Assembly (NCBI GenBank): GCA_951406725.2
Contig: OX597825.1
Span: 80,290,001-80,354,000 of the forward strand
DNA: 64,000 nt
Direction of reading: 5' to 3'
Origin: Octopus vulgaris
Taxonomy: Eukaryota
This document shows positions 1-12,959 of this stretch, in pieces. The notes under the pieces are model-generated. The model was given only the letters and a program-made list of their open reading frames with translations, made no database searches and had not been told where the DNA came from. Both the position numbers and the translations under genes were made by a program. The stretch's first letter is position 1. Every line of letters begins with the position of its first letter.

Positions 1-389
1 GTGGTGTCTAGTTGAATATGAGGGGCTATAAATGTAATGTGCAAGCAATATCTGGGCCCTTAAGGAGAGGATCATCCTCTGTTGAGGACTGAAACATAAT
101 GTGGCTCAGAATTTTTAAATGCAGCTTTGGTTAGAACTAAGAATGCAACAGTTCCAAGAGAGATCTTTAGAAAATGTATGAAGATCAAACGAGAGATTTA
201 AGGGATAAGTTCCATATTCCAAGTATTTCAAGTAAACAAATATCCGTCTGCTTCAACCCTATGGACTCAAGAGGCCAGAGTTTATCATGGTTTCCATGGC
301 AACTGAAAACCCAAGGACCCACCTCTGAATGGTATGCCAGTTCATTGCAGAGTGAACCTCTCCAATGGCCATTGCTACTCCTTTCCAAC

Positions 390-545
390 TGGCATGGTCG
401 TGTGGTAAAGAAGTTTGCTTCCCAACCACATGCTTTTGGGTTCAGCCCCACTGCGCGTCACCTTGGGCCAGTGCCTTTTATTTTAGCTCCAGGCTGACCG
501 AGGCCGTGTGAGTGAATTTGGTAGACAGAAACTGAAAAAGGAGCT
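390..545 (+). mobile_element. tRNA-derived SINE, family A (5' part)
   Basis: ggcatggtcgtgtggtaaagaagtttgcttcccaaccacatg...ggttcagcccca...ccttggg...gtgagtgaatttggtagacagaaactgaa: A/B-box-like head matching many other copies in the window. Confidence 0.8.
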
Positions 546-2474
546 TGGCAATGTGTAAGTACATGTGTACTTACATAATCTATGTAGATAAATGATAGAA
601 AATGGAATGAACAAAATTATTCAATATCATTACAATCGTTTCAACACATTTTTACACTTTTATTACACTGGTGAGATGTTGGGTTACCATCATCATCCAT
701 CCAAGGTGTAAAACGCACCTCCTTAGGGGATCAAGTCCTTTAGTAGATCCCACTGTCATTTCGCTTGAGCATTCTTATTTCTTTATTGCCTACAAGGGGC
801 TAAACATTGAGGGGACAAACAAAGGGATAAGAAATAAGATTGATGCCCAAGCCAAGTTTCTTCACGTTTTCCATATCACCAAACCAAAGGTGTAGCAACT
901 GAAAATATATGGCAGTGCCTACCTACAAAATGATTTTTATTCTCTACACTGTCCCCTCATAATTAAATTGCCTTACAACCCCATTGAATCCTGAAAGTCA
1001 ACCACAAGGATTATCCACAAATATGGTTGATATACACATCAAGAAACAGAGTATATACAAAGCTGTATTTATAAGAAACTTTAGTATAAAATGTCCTTCT
1101 TTCTAATGCAAAGAAATGACATTGGATGTGAACTATTACAAGGAATTAACTAAATGCAAGTTCATCAGATTTAATCCAAATAAACAACAGTTACTTTTGA
1201 GAAAGTAAGCAAAATTAAAGAATTACAAACTGTGCAAACCCACAGGCTAATTTACACAGTGATAAAGGATATTCTAAACCAATTCTAGAAATAATATATA
1301 TACCAAGGAGTAGCAACTTCATTTTTTGTAACGACTCAGTTTTGACATTTTTTAGGAGGAGGGGGGGGCATTTTCCCCTGGGTCACAATGGGTAATGTAT
1401 CAAATCTTGGATATAAGAAACATTCCAGTATATTCTCCATTTCCACCATTGGCTATGCTTTTTTAAACAAAAAAATTAAATTGTGACATTAAAGACTATT
1501 TAAAAGCCAACACCTTCTCTATGGCCTATGAATATATTACATTTGAAACGCACAAAAAAAGAAAATACCCAGTGTATATCTCTGGTATGCAATTAACTTT
1601 TTCTAAAAATCTAATTACACTAGAATATGCAGAGGGCAGCAGGGAAGTCTACACTGGACATAAGTGTCATTCTTCAGAATAAACCCCTTTGTAATTGAAA
1701 GGGAATGACATGAAGGCAGGAGTGAAAATATATAAAATTACTTAATTCTAATTAATTTCAAATAATTAATTAACAGCTACAGTAACATTGCTACTATTGT
1801 TAAGCAACTTTTGTCAGCTTGTTGCCAGTAGATCTAAAACGAAATGTAAATGTCTCCTTAAGTCCCAGGGTGGGGGATTACTTTTATGGGCATATGGGTG
1901 CTGAACAATTAATATAAGTGAAGTAGATGAGAGACAAATCTCTCCCTGGACAGAATGTAAAATCTCTCAAACATTCTTCAAATAATTAGTAACTATTCCC
2001 AGCATCTGGGTGAAGTGAAACAAAAACAACTCTAGTGTGCAGCCTGAATTTCACACACAAAAAAACCCATTTGAACTGGAATTTAATTCAAGACTTCTGA
2101 TTCAATATTCTGTGTAGCTAACCAAGTTTATTTGCAATAAACCAACAACACAGAGGTGACCCAATCAGATATTCATGATTAACCAACAGGCCTCAGAAAA
2201 TATATGGTGGTTTAATCTATTCTGAGACGATCCTGCATAATGTCCTATAATGCAGCTGGTGCCGTGTGAGTGTTTGTTTATATAATCAGTCAGTGTGCAC
2301 ATGAGGTGCACTGTTGTGATCCAAGTCCGTTTGTGTGTTTTTGAAGGTTCCAGCAGTAATAAGGAAATCCTTATTTTAATTCCTTGGAATATATTGTAGG
2401 ATTTATACTTAGTAAACAACTAAATAATCTATTTATCAACCGAAATGTCTATTAAAAGCAGATTACCTCTTCAC

Positions 2475-2863
2475 CTCTTTTACCTGTTTCAGTCATTTGA
2501 CTGTAGCCATGCTGGAGCACCACCTTTAGTCAAGCAAATCGACCCCAGAACTTATTCTTTGTAAGCTTGGTACTTATTCTATCAGTCTTTTTTCCCGAAC
2601 TGCTAAGTTACGGGGACATAAACACACCAGCATCAGCTGTCAAGTGATGTTGGGGGGACAAACACAGACACATAAACATATACACACACATACATATATA
2701 TATACATATATACGACAGGCTTCTTTCAGTTTCCGTCTACCAAATCCACTCACAAGGCTTTGGTTAGCCCGAGGCTATAGTAGAAGACACTTGCCCAAGG
2801 TGCCATGCAGTGGGACTGAACCCGGAACCATGTGGTTGGTAAGCAAACTACTTACCACACAGC
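2475..2863 (-). mobile_element. tRNA-derived SINE, family A, near full length
   Basis: Reverse complement gives a tRNA-like head (ggctgtgtggtaagtag...ccgggttcagtcccac), ccttgggcaagtgtctt central domain, internal (TA/CA)n and tail gctccagcatggctacagtcaaatgactgaaacaggtaaaag. Other copies lie near 7955, 10550, 22665, 25975, 29180, 31965, 32865, 37150, 41100, 42720 and 45940. Confidence 0.85.
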
Positions 2864-4329
2864 CAATCCTCATAAGATTATGTAAGATTAACTGAGCTGA
2901 GAACACTGATGGTAAAAAATCAAATTCACAGAAGAATTCCACCAATCCACACCACAAAGCACAGGGTCTGATGTTCTTAAAGGCCTGCCAATCCACCTCC
3001 TTGGTTTGGTACATTTAAACAAATTTTTTGGCACCAAAAGGATGAAAGGCAAAGATCTGACTTGTACTTAAACTCAGAGAATCAAATACTTTGAGACATT
3101 TTATTTAATTCTCCGGTAGACTGAAAATGGGTGAGTGAAGTAATGTGAACTTAATTTGGACAATGTCTGCTGGTATTGCAAATAAATAAAAGAAGTTACA
3201 GCTTGGTTAAATTTCATTGAAATGGATAACCATTTTATTAAATTTTTCTTGGAATGGAATTTTGTTTCATAGACTAGAATGGTGTTTGTAGACAAATGTT
3301 TAGAACTGAAAGGCGAGGTCTGACCCATTTTATTGTTAGAGATAAGGAAATTATTCTGCAACCAAAGAATGAGGCAAAGAATCAGCTAATGTTATTATCT
3401 TGATTAGTCTAAAAATATTCTTCATTGGTTTTGAATTGTTTCTTCTTTTTAGAATTGTTCTTTAAACTGAAAAATCAGCACATTTACCATAACAGTAGTG
3501 GAATAAATATTCTTTAAAGTTTGGAGACAAAGTCTACAGACACTTTGACAATACAAAAGGACTTATTTAAAACTCTACCAAACAATATATCATCATCATT
3601 CTTTGACATCCGTTTCTCTGTGCCGGAATTGGTTGAATGGTTCTGCAGAAGCAAACAAGCTGCAGGGCTACATCAGGCACCAATATCTGCTTTGGCATGG
3701 TTTCTACAACTAGATGCCCTTCCTGACACCAACCACTTTACAGATTGCATTGGGTGCTTTTCTATGTGGCACCAGCACTAGTGAGGTCACCAAGTGACTT
3801 TCAAGACAAGAAAGAGCTAGGGTGGGGGTGTAGCATTGGGGGATATGGTTTTATGTCAGGTGATGAAAGGTTACAAGTATGATGGGGGGAGGGGTTGGAG
3901 GTCAGAAATAGGTGTCTTGCTGTGGAGGGACATACATGGAATCCCATTTTGGAAAAAGGGAGATGGTACTAAAGAGGTATCATAGCATACCTTCTAGTTA
4001 TCAAAAGGTGAATATAAATGGTTCAAAGGATTGCACAGGTTGAATGGACCGTGTTGTGTGAGGTGGGGTTATTATGTCACATGGTCTTTACATCACATGA
4101 TGGTTGTTAACAGGTGTCACAAATGATGGTGCTGATTTTCAATTTCTGGAGAAAAGATATCTGGGCCCTGGGGGAATTGGGGGTCGCAGAGTGACTATTA
4201 CCTTGCTTGGAAATAGAGACAGATGAGGGTCAGCAACAGGAAGAGCATCTGTCTGTAAAAAATCTGCCTCATCAGCCTCTATGTGACCCATAAAAGATAT
4301 AAAAAAGTAATCATCAAAACAGTAATATA

Positions 4330-4628
4330 TATGGCGCCATGTAAAAAGCATCCAGTCCACATTGTAAAGTGGCAGGCATTTGGAAGGGCTTCCAGCTGTA
4401 AAAAACTATGCCAAAACTAACCTCACCTGTGCTGGTGCCACGTAAAAAGCACTCAGTCCACTCTGTTGAGTGGTTGGAGTTTGGACAGGCATCCAGCCCT
4501 AAAGACCATGCCAAAAAAAGAAAACAGTAGCCTGGCTTAGTCTTCTACCTGGACTGGCTCCTGTCAAACCGTCCAACCCATGCTAGCATGAAAAGCAGAC
4601 ATTAAATGATGATGATGATGATGATGAT
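4330..4628 (+). mobile_element. SINE family C (RTE-related tail ending in (GAT)n)
   Basis: gcacgtaaaaagcac...gtggttgg...ggcatccagc...gtccaacccatgctagcatgaaaagcagacattaaat(gat)n; many copies across the window. Confidence 0.8.
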
Positions 4629-5141
4629 ATATATATATGTATGTGTGTGTATATGTTTGTGTATCTGTTTGTCCCCCGACCAACATCGTTTGACAACCGA
4701 TGGTGGTTTGTTTACGTTCCCATAACTTAGTGGTTCGGCAAAAGAGATTGATAGAATAAGTGCTCGACTAAAGGCGGTGCTCCAGCATGGCCACAGTCAA
4801 ATGACTGAAACAAGTAAAAGAGTAAAAAGGTAAAAGACACATACACACACACACACACACACATCAAAAGAAAACTTGATGTATCCATAACGACATGCGC
4901 TCATCATTATAGTACAGAAATGGTAAGACAATAATAAGCTCTGCCTTAGCCATCTAATACAGGGTTGGAATGTGGTACTTATTTTCTGTGTGGTACCTTG
5001 AGTAAATAAAATTCACTCAATACAAGCAAAACAAACACTGAGTAAATGTTTTACTCACTTCCAGGGTTGATCTCATCTAATTCTAAGGGTCAAGGTTATG
5101 GTAGACCTTTATGATAGATCGGACGCTATAATCCTGTTTAA

Positions 5142-5801
5142 TCCTTTAGAATTAAGATTACTCTTAAATGTAAATCTTATTCATTCGCTTTGTTTTGAAT
5201 TAATCATGTACTATCTCATAGCATTGAGATTTTGATGACATAACTGTTTATTTGTAGAATGACATTGTTGGGTGGGTGTGAGAGGCTGGATCTGGCCAGT
5301 TTGACCACAAAACAGGTAGAATATTTGGGGTGGAGCTGGCAGAATCGTTAGCATACCGGGCGAAACGCTTAGTGGTATTTCATCTGTTTTTACGTTCTGA
5401 GTTCAAATTCCACTGGGGTTGACTTTGCCTTTCATCCTTTCGGGGTCGATAAATTAAGTACCAGTTGCATACTGAGGTCTATCTAATCAACTGGACCCCT
5501 TACCCCAAATTTCAGGCCTTGTGCCTAGAGTAGAAAAGAATATATAAGATAGTGAGCTGGCAGAAATGTTAGAACACCGGGCGAAATGCTTAGTGGTATT
5601 TCATCTGTCTTTACGTTCCGAGTTCAAATTCTGCTGAGGTCGACTTTGCCTTTCATCCTTTTGGAGTCAATAAATTAAGTACCAGTTGCATAATGGGGTT
5701 GATCTAATTGACTGGGCTCCCCATCCCCAAAATTTCAGGCTTTGTGCCAAGAGTAGAAAAGAATATTTAGGGTGTATATGGCTGGCTCAAATGCTAAAGG
5801 T
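5142..5801. mobile_element. piggyBac-type MITE interrupted by a SINE dimer
   Basis: TTAA at 5138-5141 and 5802-5805 flank tcctttag...ctaaaggt termini. Uninterrupted related copies lie near 27310-27525, 44110-44325 and 57930-58140. Confidence 0.7.
5333..5762 (+). mobile_element. Two tandem copies of tRNA-derived SINE family B
   Basis: gagctggcagaatcgttagc...gagttcaaattcc...gactttgcctttcatcctttcggggtcgataaattaagtaccag occurs twice, with a Meta-domain-like centre. Flanked by a 15-bp duplication agaatattt(g/a)gggtg at 5318-5332 and 5760-5774. Confidence 0.85.
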
Positions 5802-6049
5802 TTAACCAACTTTATACACAATCCACCAAAAATTCAGTTTGAAATGCTTTCCAATCTTTTCATGATCAGTAAAATAAGGTACCAGTTATGAACTGAGGTC
5901 AATGGCATTGGCAAATCAAACTAATCCCTTTAAAATTGCAAAACTTGTGCCTATATTTCAACTTTGCCTTTCAACCTTTTCGGAATCAAACAAATGAGGG
6001 AACCATTCGTATAAACTATCTCCCACCTTTCAAAATTGCTGGTCACGTG

Positions 6050-6942
6050 CGCGCGTGTGTGTATGTGTGTGTGTGCATCTATGTGTTGTGTTGTGTGGTG
6101 TGTGAGTTGTATGTGCGTGTGATGGGTGTGTTGTGTCTGGTGTGTGTGATCGGTGTGTGTGGTTGTGTGTGTGGTGAGTATGTGTGTGTGTGATGGGTGT
6201 GTGTTGTATGCGTGTGATGGGTGTGTGTCATACGTGTATGAGTGTGTGTATTGTACTACTGTGTGTATGTATGTGTACATTTGTGTTGTACTGCTCTGTG
6301 TGTGAATGTGTACGTGTGTGCATGCTATACTGTTGTATGTGTATGTGTGCATGCTGTACTGCTCTGTGTTTGTGTGTGTGCGTGCTGTACTGCTGTGTAT
6401 GTGTGTGTGCATGCTATAATGCTATACGTGTGTGCATGCTATACTATTGTATGTGTGTGTGTGTGTGTGCATGCTGTACTGCTCTGTGTTTGTGTATGTG
6501 TGTGTGTGCATGCTATAATGCTATGTGTGTGTGTATGTGTGTGTATGTATACGTGTGTGCATGCTATACTGTTGTGTGTGTGTGTGCATGCTATAATGCT
6601 ATGTGTGTGTGTGTATACGTGTGTGCATGCTATACTATTGTATGTGTGTGTGTGTGTGTGTGTGCATGCTGTACTGCTCTGTGTTTGTGTGTGTGTGTGT
6701 GCGTGCTATAATGCTATGTGTGTGTATGTATACACACACACATGTGTGTGTGTGTGTGTGTGTGCATGCTGTACTGCTCTGTGTTTGTGTGTGTGTGTGT
6801 GCGTGCTATAATGCTATGTGTGTGTGTATGTATACGTGTGTGCATGCTATACTGTTGTGTGTGTGTGTGCATGCTATAATGCTATGTGTGTGTGTGTGTG
6901 TGTGTGTATACGTGTGTACATGCTATACTGTTGTGTGTGTAG
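6050..6942. repeat. Compound (GT)n-based minisatellite
   Basis: Repeated modules gcatgctatactgttg / gcatgctgtactgctctgtgttt / gctataatgctat separated by (GT)n; source of the spurious C/V/H/T-rich ORFs. Confidence 0.9.
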
Positions 6943-7240
6943 ACCTAAGTATGTCTTCACAATAAACGTGCAATGCATTAAACCCTAAGCGATTGATCTT
7001 ATCGCTGCCTCTTCTACTCGACAATGATTTGGAAACCATCTATAAAAATATTCCATCATTTCTTGTAATCGCAAACAACAGACGAGTGGAATTTGGGTTA
7101 GAGTTGAGAAGACATCTGGAAAAATAATATTAATTTGTTTGTTTGTGAAGATACTTGAACCAACGTAGAACTAATCAGAAACAGTTTACATTGACAAAGA
7201 ATTTTGAAATAATAATAATAATGATGATGACGATGATGAG

Positions 7241-7430
7241 AGCAGAGCTAGTCCCCAAAAGACTGCTTTGCTGGGGACAGCTAGGGTTTTGAGACTGGCG
7301 CTTGGATGTTGAATGTCTTCTACGGTAATTAACAACCAATTATCAAAGCTTATTATGTGCAGAAAGAGACCCTGTGGGACCTCTGACAACAGGCTGCTGC
7401 AGAATCAACCAGAGCAAACAAGACAGATGG
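7241..7430 (+). mobile_element. 3' remnant of an RLE-type (R4/Dong-like) non-LTR retrotransposon
   Basis: 7256-7312 translates QKTALLGTARVLRLALGC*, matching the QKxALLGTARILRxxL C-terminus typical of R4/Dong ORFs; 5'-truncated and next to an (AAT)/(GAT) tract. Confidence 0.65.
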
Positions 7431-8332
7431 CTTTGGGAAGTAAAACGATGGTGGTGGTGGTGGTGATTCCATTACCTAAATAACCAAATTCATAAACATT
7501 ATTTCAACGAGACACTTCGTTAATATAAATTAATCATTCGCTTAAGTAGAAGAAAATATTCAATGATCAGCTGAAGAATGCCGACATTCTTAAATGAGGT
7601 GTATTAATGATGGCAGTAGCAGGGGGGGTGGAGGAGGGAGAGAATGAGGGGGAGCGGAAGGGAGGGCTCGAGGGGAGGAGGTGGTGGTGGTGGTGGTGGT
7701 GGTGGTGGTGGAGGAGGAGGAGGATCTTAAAGTCCATTTTGCCATGCTTGCATGGGTTGGACAGAGTTTATTGGGATAGATTTTCTACAGCTGGATGCTC
7801 TTCCGGTCACCAACTCTTGCCAAGCAAGATAATATTTTCCCACAGCCAGACATGTCTTTGTGGAACATTGGAAATGAACAACATTACTTGTATAACAGTG
7901 ATACTCGTTTACAGCCATCATGTGACATCAAGACAAGGGCACGCACACCAATAAAACAGGTTTCTTTCAGTTTCTGTCTACCAGTTCCACTCACAAGTCT
8001 TTGGTCAGCCTGAGGCAATCATAGAAGACTCTTACCCAAGGTACCATATAATGAAACTGAACCTGAAAACATGTGGTTGGGAAGAAAGCTTTTTAACCTG
8101 CAGAGCCACACCCGTCCCCTAGTAAGTGGGAGTCTCTAGACAGACTGTTTCATGCTCTGTTGACTGCTCCTCAGGAAAGCTGTACACAGCTTCCTTTCCC
8201 AAGCATTGATATTGGGGTAATATTAATGACATTGGTGTTAGGACGGGCATCTTGTCATAAAAACCAAACAAAAAATGAATGAAATACAAGCAAGATGAGG
8301 TTTCCCAGCTCATTTAGTGAGTAGTAAGTACC

Positions 8333-8739
8333 TATTTCTTTACTACCCACAAGGGGCTAAACACAGAAGGAACAAACGGATTAAGTCGATTATATCGACC
8401 CCAGTGCGTAACTGGTACTTATTTAATCGACCCCGAAAGGATGAAAGGCAATGTTAACCTCAGCAGAATTTGAAGTCAGAACGTAGCGGCAGACGAAATA
8501 CCTATTTCTTTATTGCCCACAAGGAGCTAAACATAGAGGGGACAAACAAGGACAGACAAACAGATTAAGTTGATTATATCGACCCCAGAGCGTAACTGGT
8601 ACTTATTTAATCGACCCCGAAAGGATGAAAGGCAAAGTCAACCTCGGCGGAATTTGAACTCAGAAAGTAGCAGCAGACGAAATACCGCTGAGCATTTCGC
8701 CCAGCATGCTAACGTTTCTGCCAGCTCGCCACCTTATAG
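8333..8739 (-). mobile_element. SINE family B partial dimer with TSD
   Basis: Two head-to-tail copies of the family B sequence; gtagtaagtacc is duplicated at 8321-8332 and 8740-8751. Confidence 0.85.
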
Positions 8740-9285
8740 GTAGTAAGTACCACACACAATATGTGCTTACTAACCATGATGACCTTGCATGAAAAGCAGA
8801 CATAAAATGATGATGATGATGATGATGATGACAGCTGGTGAATGATAGGTCTATTCTTTCCAATGGAAAACAGGAAAAAGACACTTTTTTTTTAAAAAAA
8901 AAGAACTTTCTCTCTCTCACTCACTCCCCCCCCTCTCTCTCTCTCTCTCTGATAATTATTTGTTGTTGTTGTTGTATTAAACAGAATCCATTTTATATTG
9001 ATGAAAAACAAACAAAATAAAGCCCAGCTTTCAAACAATGATTACAGTTGCAAAACAGTGCAATGTTCATTGAGACACTTTATTAAAGATTAGAATATTT
9101 ACTCAGACACACCTTGAATAACTCCAGTAAAGACAGAATTTTTTTCCTAGCTTTGTATTTTCATTCCCCCCCCCTTTTATTTAAAAGCAAACAACAGGTG
9201 TTTTATTCTCTGACAGAAACAACACTCCTTATGAATAAATAACAGTGTCAATGGAATCTAAAATTACAGCTAAATACTCTCTCAA

Positions 9286-9327
<42 letters not shown>

Positions 9328-10218
9328 CTCTCTTTTTCTGCAGGTCTCTCTCTCTCTCTCTCTCTCTTTTACTGAATGTCTGTCTATCTGTCTGTCTCTC
9401 TTTTACTGTATGTGTCTCTCCTTCTCTTTTACTGAGTGCCTCACTCTCTCTTTTACTGTATGTGTCTCTCTTTTTCTCTTTCTTTTACTGAATGTCTCTC
9501 TTGCTCTCCCACTCTCTCTCTCTCTCTCTCCTTCTCACTGAATGTCTTTCTCTCTTTCAGTGAAAGTCTCCCCCACCCCCACCCTTCATAAAATTGTAGC
9601 ACATGATTGGACTGCTAAACAATTCCACATTGTTAGCCTATATTTTCTGTTGGTTGGTTACTGTCACTTCAAATCATTTATGGTGTGTGTGTGTGTGTGT
9701 TGTCCAGCTTGCTGGCTCAGGTCAAACTGTCCAGGTGATGCCAGCATGGACAACAGGCATTAAATATATGATCACATGCACACACACACACACAAATGCT
9801 AAAATGCGCTTATAGAAATAACGCAGGGTGGCTGGCAGCATGTATATGAACAACACAAACACAGGTCTATCAAATACCATACAACTTCTTCATGCATTAG
9901 AATTATCTCCCCTGTTCAGGATGGATTATAATTGCCAAATGGCAATTTGGAGCAGCTCCTGTTGACAATGGGAGATAATCTCAAGTTTCATGAATTCTCC
10001 AACGTTTACATACTGAGGACATTTGTGAACAGGTTTCTGCCTCAACAGGGGTCATCTGCAAGGCAACTGTCTCATTGTCTCTCCAGTACCCAAATCACTT
10101 ACACTAAAAAAAGGAGAACACATTTACGATCTCAGTATTTGCACAATTTGAACAGAACCTGAACCAAGAGAAATAACTCAGTGGCCAAGATGCATGCAAC
10201 AAGTACAAGAATGTTTTA

Positions 10219-10280
<62 letters not shown>

Positions 10281-10499
10281 CATCATCATCGTTTAGCGTC
10301 CGCTTTCCATGCTAGCATGGGTTGGACGGTTCAACTGGGGTCTGGGAGGCCAGAAGGCTGCACCAGGCTCAGTCTGATCTGGCAATGTTTCTATAGCTTG
10401 ATACCCTTCCTAATGCCAACCACTCCGTGAGTGTAGTGGGTGGTTTTTACGTGCCAGGCGAGGCTGGCAAACGGCCACGATCAGATGGCGCTTTTTACG

Positions 10500-10541
<42 letters not shown>

Positions 10542-10741
10542 TATATATTAGGCACAGGCGTGGCCGTGTAGTAAGTAGCTTGCTTTCCAACCACATGGTT
10601 CCAGGTTCAGTCCCACTGCATGGCACCTTGGGCAAGTGCCTTCAACTATAGCCTTGGGCAGATCAAAGCCTCGTCAGTGCATTTGGTAGATAGAAACTGA
10701 AAGAAGCCCATCGTACATATATATATACACACACACACACA

Positions 10742-10782
<41 letters not shown>

Positions 10783-11576
10783 GCACATACACACACACAG
10801 AGACAAACAGACATGTAGAAGTGTATGTGGATGGGTGGATGGATGGATGGATGGATGGATGGGGGGGGGGGTGTCTAGCTGATTTGTAAGCATGTTGCTC
10901 AAGCAACTGAAGGGTTTAGCAAGTTGCAAACTCTCAAACCAGGTTGGTTTGTGCTCCTGGAAAGACGCTTAACTATGAGTGAATCGGGAGCCAGACCAGT
11001 TTATTTAATCGTACATTAATGCTTTGGGGACAGGACAAGTCACCATTGTAGCAGACAGGATGTATTTCACTGGCTGCAGGGCTGAAAGTGGAATGTAATC
11101 TGGTTATGTAGACTGGAAAAACTTGCTACAGACTGGTATTGAGAGGGGGAGAGGGGGAGAGAGAGAGAGATATGCGAGAGTAAAGGATGGAAGAGGGGAG
11201 AGAGACAGACAGACAAACAGAAAGTGAGGGAGATATCAGCTTTATGTTATAAAAAAAAAATCAATGATAAGATCCAATCACTGGCCTCCTTGCCTTGCCT
11301 GCTATACAGGAGAATAATCGTCAAAAGTTGATGCCAAGTACAAGAATCTATGGTAAAATAAGCATTCCATGATGTCTGCTTCACCTGCACAACACCAAAT
11401 GTCCCACTCCTTAAACATAGAGACTTAACTTTCTTTGACAGGTGAGTCAAAAGGAGTACATAACTGATTAGACATAAGGTGACTTAACAGGTGAACTCTC
11501 TTTGATTTTAAAGACCCCACAAAAAAGATTTCATTACCACATAGAGAATTGATAATATACAGCATTTGGCATAAGA

Positions 11577-11784
11577 TTACCATATTTGATGGTACATAAA
11601 ATGCCTTTTTTCTTTACCAAAAAAATGTCTCCAAAATACCACCCTGCGTCCCATATGTAAAAATGCTTTAAATGTTACATGCTTTAATGCGTTAAATTTT
11701 CTTTCTTTTTTCCCTGAATATGCTCTACTGAAATTGGAATGCATCTCATATGTTTGTGTGTCTTTTATGCCATCAAATACAGTA
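11577..11784. mobile_element. Tc1/mariner-pogo-type MITE
   Basis: Imperfect TIRs taccatatttgatgg... / ...ccatcaaatacagta with TA ends; related copy near 49235-49425. Confidence 0.55.
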
Positions 11785-12280
11785 ATTATGTTTCTAAATG
11801 CTATTATAAGCCACTGTTGAGTATTATAGAACAGAAAACGTCATCCCCTTATTCAGCAATCAGGGTTTGCAGCTCAGCCATAGTCATTTCACCTCATTAC
11901 CATAAAGGTTCTTTTATGGGCCACAGAAAGGTGCTTTTACATGCCACCAGCATGGGTGCCATTTGCATGACATCGGTGTCTGCCACAACTACGATTTTAC
12001 TTGGCTGGTTGGGTTTTCTTCTCAACCACGACATAATGCCAAAGATCTTGGTCATTGCCTCTGTGAGGCCCAACACTTTCTTTTTTCCCTGAATACACTC
12101 TGCTGAAATTGGAATGCACCTCATATGTCTGTGTGTCTTTTATGCCATCAAATACAGTAATTATGCTTCTAAATGCTATTATAAGCCACTGTTGAGTATT
12201 ATAGAATAGAAAACGTCATCCACTTATTCAGCAAGCAGGATTTGCAGCTCAGCCATAGTCATTTCACCTCATCACCATAA
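11701..12280. repeat. ~205-bp direct duplication flanking a 170-bp SINE fragment
   Basis: 11701-11905 and 12076-12280 align end to end with scattered substitutions; 11906-12075 is a family C SINE piece. Confidence 0.85.
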
Positions 12281-12959
12281 TCAATAGACTTAAGAGAATC
12301 GCTAATGTCAGACAATCTACGTTTCACTCACCAATAATAAATCTGTCAAGCTGGCAAAATCATAAAAGCATTGAGAAAAAATGCTTTGCAGTATTAGCTG
12401 TCTCTTTGATTTCTGAGTTCAAATCCCACCAAGGTAAACATTCGCTTTTATCCCTCCAGGGTTAATAAAAAAAAAAACTACCAGTCAAGTACTGAGCCTT
12501 CATGGTATGGACCAAGCACCTTCCTTCTACAGAATGATCAGGAGATACTCAACCATTTACATAGGTTTGAAATTAAATCACCACCATTTTCCATGCCGGA
12601 ATGGGTTGGACTGTTTTGACAGGAGCTGGCAAACCAAAGGACTAAGCCAAGCTCCAGTGCCTGCTTTGGCCTTCTTAATGCCATCCACTTTACAAAGTGT
12701 ATAGGGTGCTTTTCATTGATGACACCAGCACCAGAGGGGCCACCAAGTAACTTGCAAGACAAAGCTACCCCTCCCACCACCACCATTAGACTGGCAGGGG
12801 AAGTGGTTCAAATTCAGCTGAGGTCGACTTTTAGAGTCAACAATATAAGTACCAGTTATGCACTGGGGTTGATGTAATCAACTTACCCCCTCCCCTGGAA
12901 TTGCTGGCCTTGTGCCAAAATTTGAAACAAATACTTTAAAACAAAATCTAATTCATCAT

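Noticed and set aside
1-240. Possible RTE C-terminal remnant (ASNIWALKE...MWLRIF)
   Set aside because: Too degraded to call without an alignment
290-303. Perfect RFX X-box GTTTCCATGGCAAC
   Set aside because: Appears to lie in an old SINE-like remnant with no supporting motif cluster
5936-6965. Long Cys/Val/His/Thr-rich ORFs (also near 14.0, 14.7-15.4, 36.3-37.0, 56.0 and 61.2 kb)
   Set aside because: Translations of (GT)n/(CA)n/(TA)n microsatellites, open in several frames on both strands
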